64,000 nucleotides of DNA, from NCBI GenBank assembly GCA_030390025.1, contig JASTWF010000367.1:1-64000 (forward strand). The letters run 5' to 3'. Under the pieces are notes generated by a model. It was not told the DNA's origin, did not search any database, and saw only the letters and a list, made by a program, of their open reading frames with translations. Source of the stretch: Squalus acanthias (taxonomy: Eukaryota). Each line of letters starts with the position of its first letter. Positions within the stretch are counted from its first letter, which is position 1. Shown one piece after another: positions 13,078 to 23,516 of the stretch. Both the position numbers and the translations under genes were made by a program.

Positions 13078-14600
13078 CCGAAAGCAAAATACTGCGGCTG
13101 CTGGAATCTGAAATAAAAACAGAAAATGCTGAAAATACTCAGCAGCTCAGGCAGAATCTGTGGAGAAAGAAACAGAGTTAACGTTTCAGGTCGCTGACCC
13201 TTCCTCACCGTTCTGACGAAAGGTCATCGACCTGAAACGTTAACTCTGTTCCTGTCTGCACAGATGCTGCCTGACCTGCTGAGTATTTCCAGCATTTTCT
13301 GTATTCACTATAAGCCCTCTGACTCCCACAGCTAACTGGAATACACTTCCTCCCACCTCGCTTCCTGTAAGGAGGCTGGTGCATTCTCCCAGATTTTCCC
13401 TCTCTGCCGCATCTGCTCTGACGATGCCAGGTTCCATACTAGTGCTTCCGACATGTCTTCCTTATTTCCTAAACCGAGATTCTCCTCTACCGTGGCTGAC
13501 ACGGCTCTTGACCGTGTCCATTCTATTTCCCGCACTTCTGCTCTCACCCCTTCCCCTCTTTCCCGGAACCACGATACGGTTCCCCTTGTCCTCACCTTTC
13601 ACCCCACCGGCCTCCGCATTCAACGGATCATCCTCCGCCATTTCCACCACGTCCAGCGTGATCCCACCACCAAACATATCTTCCCCTCACCTCCCCTTTC
13701 AGTACTCTGAAGGAACCGCTCGCTGCACGACACCCTGGTCCACTCCTCAATCAACCCCAACATCCCTTCCCCTTCGCCCGGCAACTTCCCATGCAAGCAC
13801 AGGAGATGCAACACATCCCCTTTTACTTCCTCCCTACCCACTGTCCAGGGCCCCAAACACTCCTTCCAGGTAAAACAGCGATTTACTTGTATTTCTTGCA
13901 ATTTAGTATACTGTATTCACTGCTCATGATGTGGTCTCGTCTACATTGGGGAGACCAAACGCAGATTGGGTGACTACTTTGCAGAACACCCCCATTCAGT
14001 CCGTAAGTGTGACCCCGAGATTCTGATCGCCTATCCCTTTAATTCTCTGCTCCACTGTCACTCTGATCTTTGCGTTCTCGGCCTCTTACATTCTTCCAAC
14101 AAAGTACAACATAAGATCGAGGAACAGTACCTCATCTTTAAATTAGGCACTTTAAAACCTTTTGGACTCAACATCGAGTTCAACAATTTCAGACTATAAA
14201 CTCGGTCCATATTTTATTTTTTTCATTATTATTTTTCCTTTTCCCTTTTTTTCTATCACATGTCGGCTGTTGATGATTCTGCCATTGCTATTCACACCTC
14301 ATCTAGCTTCATCTTTTATTCCTTAACTTGTCCTATTACAATCTCCTTTTGCTTGCACCATCATCACTTTTGTCTTTTAATCTCTCCTGTCTTCCATCCT
14401 ATCACAGACCTTCCCTTTTGTTCTTTCCTCCGCTCCCTCCACCTTTCCCGGCCCCTACACTTGCTTTAAAATCAGTTACATCTGTAACTTTTTCCAGTTC
14501 TGACGAAGGGTCCTCGACCTGAAACTTTAACTCTGTTTCTCTCTCTATAGATGCTGTCTGACCTGCTGGTATTTCCAGCATTTTCTGTTTTTATTTCAGG
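13078..14600 (+). mobile_element. Penelope-like retroelement (5'-truncated, GIY-YIG endonuclease end) with palindromic pseudo-LTR ends
   Basis: PLVLTFHP..IQRIILRHF and NLVYCIHC..GLVYIGETKRRLGDYFAEH (GIY-YIG); 13081-13302 is an inverted pair of the terminal repeat also seen at 14495-14598. Confidence 0.9.
13210..13244 (+). ncRNA. Minimal hammerhead ribozyme motif in the Penelope pseudo-LTR
   Basis: GTT-CTGACGA-A-AGGTC atc GACCT-GAAA-CGTT-AAC: conserved core, 5-bp stem II, palindromic stem III, 3-bp stem I. Confidence 0.75.
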
Positions 14601-15000
14601 ATAAATTCTCCTTGTTATATAAAACCTGGGGGACGGATTTTACAGCAGCAGTTAGCGTTTCACAATATAACTCACCCCAAGATATTATACAGATTAATAT
14701 AATGCACAGAGTATATAGTACAGGGAATCACCGCTATATCATTTTATTCAGGGAAAATCGCCCATTCCCATAAAATCCGGGATATAAGGAGCAGCATAAA
14801 TGAATCAAGTTTTCCCAAACATGACGGAAGCAGTCACTGAGCTCCAGGAGGGTAATTCTGATTATCCGGGAATGAGATCGAACAGAGGGACATTTAAAGG
14901 CGTCACAAAGAAAGCACTTTACTTAATAATTACATTTACAGACAGTCCCTGAATATATGATGAGTTGGACAGAGTGAGATTCATTCCCAGTGACAGGAAT

Positions 15001-16715
15001 AGGGGGGAATTTTGCGGGGGTCAGCGGGCGCGATCGGTGGCGGGTCGGGAGGGAAACTGGATTTTACCCTAAGGGTCTGGACCCCGCTTTCAACCCCCCG
15101 CCACGCGCCTTTCCCAAATGTTGGGTCTGTCAGCGCTGAGCAGACCCGACATGCAGCGGCGGGTGGGAGGGGGTTGGGGGTGGTGGTGGCAGGCGGTGGG
15201 GGGGCGGGGTGCAATTCATGTCTTTATGACCTTGTTAACAAAGGATTAACAACTATTTTAGCTCACCTACAGAGTTTACCAAGTCGCCCACGTTGTCCAC
15301 TCTGCTCAGGGATTACGTCAGGTAAACAGGGCGTGAGTTGAATGGCCATGGAATCATCTCATTACTTGACAGCTGGAAAAGCTCCCATCTCACAGCTGTT
15401 CACTTTCCAAGCACACTGCATTTGGAAGACAGTGCGAGCTTTATGCAGGTTGCAAGTGTTTGGAACAAACTCTCTATCCAGTGTCCCCTCAATGGAACAA
15501 CCTCTGTCACCATTGACAGATCGCTTCTGTCATCTCAAGTTCACCTGCCATCTATTACATCAGCATGGGTATAGTTTCGACTGTCTCACCTTGATCCTCA
15601 GAGTCCCACCACCATCAGCCCCAACACCTGCAGCACCAGGCACACCAGCAGCACCAACAACAACACCAACCCATTCCACAACTCCTGATGCTGCACAGCA
15701 CAGAGGGCATCAACTCTCGTCCACATTGCTGACCGGGATGCCAGAGATGGCCTCACCATGGCCAGATTATCTTCATTGACGCTGCACGCCCTGGATCCCA
15801 CATTATGCACCAGGTTGCCGCAGCCCGCACCAACAACATAAAGCATCCCTGCAATGTCCAAACCATTCCTGTTACACTCATAAGCATTGCGTGTGGTACC
15901 GTTATGTCTCACCTATTCACTGCAACTCACTATGCCATATCCAAAGGTGCACACAACAGAAACTTCACAGGAACATTGGCTAAAACACATAATTGCCAAC
16001 CCTTGTGTGTTGTTAGTTGATATGTTTGGACTAGGTTGAGGGAGAGTCTGAGGGGTGGTTAGTGAGTTGGTGATGTGATAATATAGATAGAGAGGGACGG
16101 GTGGAGGTGCAGGGTAAGTTAGTGTGAGTTTGAATGTGCAGGAGTAGGGTAGGGAAGGCAGAGTGATGGGTATGTGATGAGTGGCACAGCAGGATGAGAT
16201 TGAGGGTGGCTTTGCAGTAACGTTTCGTGATCTACTGAGATCATTGAAAGATTTGCGCCACTGCAGCCTGGTCCTCCTGACGACATCCCTGCTTGAGCCC
16301 CACTTTGCAATGTGCAACCAGGCTGTGTTGGTCTCTTCCGCTCATTGGAAGTGAAGAGAACCTCCCTGCGTGCGGTGGCTCCCTCCATAAGCATATGGAG
16401 GGAGTTATGGGAGAGCCTGGGTGCAGCCGTGCTCCTCTGTGCAGAGGTTGTCAGTGTTTGCAGCACCTCAATACTGTAGAACACTGACATCACAATGGTC
16501 AAACTCAATGTGCGCGTCATCAAATGACGTCATGAAACCCGCTTCCTCCAATTCTCCAGAGCGAGGCCGCGACCCGCCACCGACCCCGACCCCTCCCGCC
16601 CCGAAACCGACCCAGGCCGCACCCGACCCGCCAACGACCGCGGCCGCACCCGACACGCCACCGATCGCGGCCGCACCCGACCCGCCCAGTTGGGAAATCG
16701 CGGTAGAAAACTGGG
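15001..16715 (-). mobile_element. Non-autonomous Harbinger derivative carrying a Myb/SANT-like gene remnant, in an NLR-A intron
   Basis: Minus-strand APRLSHNSLHMLMEGATARREVLF and VVRRTRLQWRKSFNDL (~16230-16440); subterminal inverted repeat 15024-15049 vs 16649-16674 (24/26). Confidence 0.78.
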
Positions 16716-16817
16716 TTATTAATGTCCTGAAGTACTTTCAGTGATTTTTCCAATATCCGAGAGAGAAAAATATATCAGATCCGGAGTTTGATTCCGTTTG
16801 TTTCTCCCTGTGTTTAG

Positions 16818-16904
16818 ACTGAGCGGCAATGAACTGGGAGATTCAGGAATGAAACTGCTGTCTGCGGCTCTGAGGAAACCGGACTGTAAAATGCAGAAAC
16901 TGGA
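16818..16904 (+). CDS. NLR-A LRR exon (87 nt)
   Basis: tttag| ... |gtaagt, phase 2-2; LSGNELGDSGMKLLSAALRKPDCKMQKL. Confidence 0.93.
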
Positions 16905-17045
16905 GTAAGTACCAGACTGTGAGATTGTGTTTATAATAACTGGATGTCCGACACTGTACATTATTATTAGTATCAGTAATAGTGTTATTCATAAACTCTG
17001 GGGATTTACTCTGATTCCTGTTATTTCTCTCTCTCTGATCCCCAG

Positions 17046-17216
17046 GCAGTATAATAACGGTCTCACAAATTCTTGTGCCGAGGATCTCGCCTCCGCTCTC
17101 AGTACAAACCGCTCACTGACGGTTCTGGGCCTGGGTTATAATAAACTGGGAGATTCCGGAGTGAAACTACTGTCTGCGGCTTTGAGGAACCCGACCTGTA
17201 AAATACAGGAACTGGA
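17046..17216 (+). CDS. NLR-A LRR exon (171 nt, ribonuclease-inhibitor type)
   Basis: cccag| ... |gtaagt; QYNNGLTNSCAEDLASALSTNRSLTVLGLGYNKLGDSGVKLLSAALRNPTCKIQEL; 171 nt is the usual NLRP LRR exon size. Confidence 0.95.
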
Positions 17217-17356
17217 GTAAGTACCAGACGGTGTGAGATTGTGTTTATAATAACTGAATGTCTGACACTGAACATTTTTATTAGTATCAGTAATAGTGTT
17301 ATTAAGAAACTCTGGAGTTTACTCTGATTCCTGTTATTTCTCTCTCTGTTCCCCAG

Positions 17357-17524
17357 GCTATGTGATGTCGGTCTCACAGATTCTTGTGCCGAGGATCTCG
17401 CCTCCGCTCTCAGTACAAACCGCTCACTGACGGATCTGTCCCTGGGATCAAACTCCTTCACAGACCGGTCTGTCCCCGCTCTCAGCCGCTTCATACAGAC
17501 CTGCAGGAGTCTGGAGCGGATCCG
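17357..17524 (+). CDS. NLR-A LRR exon (168 nt)
   Basis: ccccag| ... |gtgagt; LCDVGLTDSCAEDLASALSTNRSLTDLSLGSNSFTDRSVPALSRFIQTCRSLERI. Confidence 0.93.
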
Positions 17525-17696
17525 GTGAGTGTTTGTGTTAATGTTTAATGTAATAAATAAAATATCAATGGGATTCAGTGACATTTATGGGTAACATTTG
17601 TCTGATATTATTACTGAATTATTAAGCCCAGTCTCTCTGTTATTCAAACTGTTGTTCAATTTGTTTATTTCCTGCTTAATCTTTAATCTGTTTCAG

Positions 17697-17784
17697 GCTG
17701 TGGGGGAATGAGTTCAGTTCAAATGGAAAGAGACTCCTGGAGTCGCTGCAGGAATCCAGACCCAGACTGAGAGTGGATGTGTGA
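17697..17784 (+). CDS. NLR-A terminal coding exon
   Basis: tttcag|G CTG TGG...; LWGNEFSSNGKRLLESLQESRPRLRVDV then TGA; homologous to the NLR-B terminal exon. Confidence 0.9.
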
Positions 17785-18004
17785 GAGCGCGCGTCATCTC
17801 CCATTGTGATGTCAGAGGGCCAGACACAGGGTCACGAGACCCAGCTGCCCCGCCCCACAACGCTGTTTCTGCAGGATATCCGGGGCTGAATCTTCCCCAA
17901 TGGGGCACTGGGGAAATGCACAGACAGGAAGGGCCCTGGGTGGGGCTCAGTCTGGGCTGCAGTGGGACACTGACAATTGCACTCAGTATTCCTGGGTGTC
18001 TCTC

Positions 18005-18640
18005 ACAAAGAGGAGTCAGACTCTGTAACAAGTGTCCCTGTGTACAGTGTGTCTCTCCCAGTGAGGAGTCAGACTCTGTAACACGTGTCCCTGTGTACAC
18101 TGTGTGTCTCTGCCAGTGAGGAGTCAGACTGTGTAACCAGTGTCCCTGTGTACACTGTGTGTCTCTCCCAGTGAGGAGTCAGACTCTGTAACAAGTGTCC
18201 CTGTGTACAGTGTGTGTCTCTGCCATTGAGGAGTCAGACTCTATAACCAGTGTCCCTGTGTACACTGTGTGTCTCTCCCAGTGAGGAGTCAGACTCTGTA
18301 ACCAGTGTCCCTGTGTACAGTGTGTGTCTCTCCCAGTGAGGAGATGGAATCTGCAACAAGTGTCCCTGTGTACAGTTTGTGTCTCTCCCAGTGAATATTC
18401 GGGCTCTGTAAGAAGTGTCCCAGTGTACAGTGTGTGTCTCTCCCAGTGAGGAGTCGGACCCTGTAACAGGTGTCTCTATGTACAGTGTGTGTCTCTCCCA
18501 GTGAGGAGTCGGACTCTGTAACAAGTGTCCCTGTGTACAGTGTGCTTCTCTCCGAGTGAATAGTCCGACTCTGAAACAAATGTTCCTGTGTACAGTGTTT
18601 GTCTCTCCCTTTGAGGAGTCAGACTCTGTAACCAGTGTCT
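18005..18640. repeat. 55-bp tandem minisatellite (~11 copies) in the putative NLR-A 3' UTR
   Basis: Unit GTGAGGAGTCAGACTCTGTAACCAGTGTCCCTGTGTACAGTGTGTGTCTCTCCCA at 18061, 18116, 18171 and onward. Confidence 0.96.
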
Positions 18641-18945
18641 CTACAACCCTCCGATATCTCACCACTCATCTGACCTGTTGGTCATCCTCGGCTTTTATTG
18701 ATCCATATTGGCGCCATGACTTCAGCTGCGAAGGCCCTAAACTCTGGACATCCCTCCCTAAATTTCCTCACAGCTCTACCTCTCCCCCCTGCTCCTTTAA
18801 ACGCTTCTTAAAACCTACCTCTTTCACCGAGCTTTGGGCCATCTCTCCTAAAATCTCCATGTGGCTCAATGTCGAATTTTGCCTGAGAATTGCCTTGTCC
18901 TTTCATTACATTAAAGCCGCCATTTAAATGCAAGTTATTGCTGTT
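18640..18945 (+). mobile_element. L2 LINE 3' end fragment
   Basis: Similar to 9285-9600 (CTACAACCCTCCGA..., AACTCTGGA..TCCCTC, AAGTT.TTG.TG tail). Confidence 0.65.
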
Positions 18946-18961
18946 GTCCCTTTGTTGTGTT

Positions 18962-18967
18962 AATAAA
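18962..18967 (+). promoter_or_regulatory. Candidate poly(A) signal of NLR-A
   Basis: AATAAA downstream of the stop codon; a second one lies near 19044. Confidence 0.45.
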
Positions 18968-19145
18968 ACTCCACCGCTTACTTCAGCTCACACCTGGTCT
19001 CCTTGTTATTTTCAATAACTTGCTTCATTGTTTTAATATGTTAAATAAAGATTCCTCAAAAACACATCCCACCTTCTCCCGCTCTGGCTGAGGCCTCGAT
19101 CAGTCCCCTCTGCACGAGGCCTCAGTCCGTCCCCTCTGGAGGAGG

Positions 19146-21537
19146 TCTGACAGTAAAAGCTGCTGTGGGATCTTTGCATTCTTCTAATTCCCCTCCAGTC
19201 AAATCAAGACAATACAGGCAGGCGGGCAGTGAGAGAAACAGATGGAATCAAGACAACATGCAGAATAGAAATCAAAACAGAAAATGCTGGAATACTCAGC
19301 AAGTCAGGCAGCATCTGTGGAGAGAGGAGCAGATTTAATGGTTCTGGTCGATGAACTTACGTCAGGACCTGGACAGAATCTGAGAAAAGGTCATCGAGAT
19401 GAAACGTTAACTCGGTTTCTCTCTCTCTCCACAGATGCTGCCTGAACTGCAGAGTATTTCCAACATTTTCTGTTTTAATTCCCATTTCAAACATCCGCAT
19501 TATTTTGCTTTTGATTCAGAATAGAAAGCCTGTATCTGCAGGCCGGAAAATGAAAATATAAGATACTGAAAAGTGTCTGTTAGCTTTTAAACTGCCAAAC
19601 ACAGCAGAGCAATGAGAGAAATCAACTTTCTTTCTTTGCTGAGAGTGTTGCTTGGCAATTTTGCAATCTGGCCTGTGTGTGTGTGTTTGTGTGTGTGAGA
19701 GAGAGAGACAGCAAAAGCTGGTGTGTATGCATGGCTTGACTGAGTTCAAGTTACCTGCTGTGTGCATTGGTACTGCATCTCATGTCTTGAAAAAAACAGA
19801 AAGTATACACCATTAGATCATACTGATTTAATTCCAGACTGCAATGCTGTGAGATCTTACTTTGCCTTTCTTTCAAGACATTTGTAAAAAGCAAAGCTAC
19901 ATATATACATCAACCCAATTGATTTTTTCTGGACTGGACTTTATCGAGGAATTTTTGTGGGGTGTTTCAGAGCATATCATGTGGGGGATCTTACCCTACC
20001 ATTAAGCCCAACCCAAACAAACCAAGTGAAGACTTTTGTAAAAACAAAGTATTATTATTATATATGTAAAAAATATTTTCAGAATAATCCATTTGATGTT
20101 TTTCGGAACTGAGCTTTATTGGGGAATGTGCTTGGGGTGTTTTCCAAGCAAAAGCTGCTGTGGGATCTCTCCATTCATTTTATTTCATTCCACGCTAATC
20201 ACAGACAGGCAGACATTTAGTTAACAAAAGTAAAGTAGATATATTATTATTTACCCATGATTGTATTTGCTTCTTTTCACCCTCCCGGTCTTCCATTTCC
20301 TCGTGGGGACCCGGATTTCTGCGGCCTTGGCTTCACCTCTTCCTGTTGGATTGTCCTCATCAAACATGGCTAATAGCCAGGAAGGGACATCATCAAAATT
20401 GGACACTCTCAGGCTGCACACCTTTCAAAATGGATGTTTGCGTGAGAGAGTTCGTTTCTGCAAATTGCAGAGTCTGTGTGAGTGTGTCTGTATGTGCGTG
20501 GGTGTCTGTGTGTCTGCAAATTGCAGAGGCTGTGACTCACACTGTGTGTCATGCTACTGTCCATTTTAGTTCAATGTGGGTGGGCGGGAGACTGTGTGAG
20601 TGACAGACAGACAGGCAGTCAGTGAGAGCGAGAGAGGCATGAAATCCAAAGGCATGTTGCAGAATAGAAAGCCTATTTCTGTAGGCCACAAAGTGAAAAG
20701 ATAAGATACTGAAAAGTGTCTTTTTGGTTTTCATCTTCCAACACGGCAGTCATCCCTCTGCAGGCTGGCCTGGCTGTGAGTGTGTGTGTCAGAGAGAGAG
20801 AGAGACAGCAAATGCTAGTGCTTGTGTGAGATGTGGTCTGCTGTCTTATGACCTGCTGATGTTGTATTAAACCCATTGATGTCATTCTGGCTTGGTCCAC
20901 ATGTAATGCTGTTGTGTATTACTTTATTGCACTTTATTTCATTTCACTTGACTACAAGACAGACAGTCAGTCAGTGAGATACTGAAAAATGTCTTTGTGG
21001 ACTGTCTGACAGTAGAAGCTGCTGTGGAATCATTGCATTCTTTTTATTCCACTCCACTAAAATCAAGACAAGGCAGGCAGGCAGTGAGAGAGACACATTA
21101 AATCAGGACAACATGCAGAATAGAACTAAAAACAGAAAGTGCTGGAAGTACTCATCAGGTCAGTCAGCATCTGTGGAGAGAGAGAGAAACAGAGTTAACG
21201 TTTCAGCTTGATGACCTTTCGTTAGAACTTTGCCAGGATCTGACAAATGGTCAACGAGCTGAAACATTCACTCTGTTTCTCTCTCTCTCCAACGATGCTG
21301 CCTGACCTTCTGAATATTTCCAGCATTTTTTGTATTTATTTCAGATTTCCCACATCCACAGCATTTGCTTTTGATGCAGAATAGAAAGCCTGTTTCTGTA
21401 GGCCGCAAAATGAAAAGATAAGATACTGAAACGTGTCTGTTTCATATTAAACTGCCGAACACAGCAGAGGAATGATATAAATCAACATTCTTTCTTTGCT
21501 GACAGTGTTTTGTGGCAATTTTGCAGGAAGGCCTGTT

Positions 21538-21568
<31 letters not shown>

Positions 21569-23475
21569 CAGACAGCAAAAGCTGGTGTGTATGCAGTGCT
21601 TGTCTGTGTTCAAGTTATCTGCCGTGTGCATTGGTACAACATCTCATGTCTGAAAAAAAAAAGAAAGTATATACCATTAGATCATACTGATTTCATTCCA
21701 GACTCTGCTGCTGTGGGATCTTACCTTGCCTTTCGTCAAGAATTTTGTAAAAAGCAACGCTACATATATACATCAAGCCATTTGATATTTTTCTGGATTG
21801 GACTTTATGGAGTAATGTTTGTGGAGTGTTTCATGTCATATCCTGCTGTGTGATCTTACTCTCCCCTTCAGCCGAACCCAAACAAGACAAGACTTTTGTA
21901 AAAAAAAATATATATTATATATTTTTTAAATATTTTCAGAATAACCATTTTTTTTTTGGACTGGGCTTTATTGGGGGATGTGCTTGGGATGTTTACAGAG
22001 CAAATGCTGCTGTGGGATCTTTCCATTCATTTTATTACACTCCAAGCAAACCACTGATAGGCAGACATTTAGTTAACAAAAGTAAAGTATATATATTATT
22101 ATTTATTCCTGATTGCATTTACTTATTTTCAAACTCGCGGGCTTTCATGTCCTCTCGGGGAACCGGATTTATGGGGCCTCGGCTTCACTTCTTCCTCTTT
22201 GCTTGTCCTCATTAAACATGGCCGCACAGCCAGGAAGGGACATCATCAAAAATTGACATTCCCAGATTGCACATCTTTAAAATATATGTGAGTGTGAGTT
22301 TCTGCAAACTGCAGAGTCTGTGTGAGTGCGTATGTATGTGCGTGGGTGTCTGTGTGTCTGCAAATTGCAGAGTCTGTGTGAGTGTGTCTGTATGTGACTG
22401 CATGTCTGTGTTTCTGCAATTTGCAGACTCTGTGTGTATGTGTCTGTATGTGTGTCGGTTTCTGTGATTCTGCAAATTTCAGTGTCTGTTTGAGTGTGTG
22501 TGTCATGTTAATGTAAACTTTAGTTCAATATGGGTGGGAGGGAGACTGTGTGAGTGACAGACAGAGAGACCGTCAGTGAGAGAGAGAGACATGAAATCAA
22601 AAGGCAAGTTGCAGAATAGAAAGCCTGTTTCTGTCTGCCACAAAGTGGAAGGATAAGGTACTGAAAAGTGTCTTTTTGGTTTTAATCTTCCAACACAGCA
22701 GTTATCCTTCTGCACGCTGGCCATGGTGTGTGTGTGTGTGAGAGAGAGAGAGAGGGCAAAAGCAGGTGTTTGTGTGAGATGTGGTCTGGTGTTTTATTAG
22801 CTGCTGTTGTTGTTTTAAACCCGATTTATTTCATTCTGGACTGATCCACATGTAATGGTTTTGTGTATCACTTCATTGCACTTTATTTCACTTCACTTCA
22901 AGACAGACAGTCAGTCAGTGAGATATTGAAAAATTTATTTGTGGACTGTCTGACAGTAAAAGCTGCTGTGGCATCTTTGCATTCTTTTTATTCCACTCCA
23001 CTCAAATCAAGACAAGGCAGGCAGGCAGAGAGAGAGACACACGAAATCAGGACAACATGCAGAATAGAAATAAAAACAGAAAATGCTCGAAATACTCAGT
23101 AGGTTAGGCAGCATCTGTGGTGAGAGAGAGAAACAGAGTAAATGTGTTAGGTCGATGACCTTTCGTCAGAACCTTGCCAGAATCTGACGAAAGGTAATCG
23201 AGCTGAGACATCAACTCTATTTCTCTCTCTCTCCACAGATGCTGCCTGACCTGCTGAGTATTTCCAGCATTTTCTGTTTTTATTTCAGATTTCCCACATA
23301 CACAGCATTTGCTTTTGATGCAGAATAGAAAGCCTGTTTCTGTAGGCCGTAAAATGAAAAGATAAGATACTGAAAAGTGTCTGTTTGCTTTTAAACTGAT
23401 GAACACAGCAGAGGAATGATATAAATCAACTTTCTTTCATTGCTGAAAGTGTTTTGTGGCTATTTTGCAGGCTGG

Positions 23476-23516
<41 letters not shown>

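Noticed and set aside
17041..17049. Alternative acceptor CAG|GCAG created by the L>Q codon in the 171-nt exon
   Set aside because: The first AG after the pyrimidine tract is normally used; no evidence for the frameshifting site
10411..17784. Assigning the symbol NLRP3, NLRP12 or NLRC3
   Set aside because: Only family-level similarity; orthology cannot be set without a phylogeny
1..18640. CRISPR-like reading of the 21-, 41- and 55-bp arrays
   Set aside because: Units are head-to-tail with no unique spacers, there are no cas genes, and the context is vertebrate
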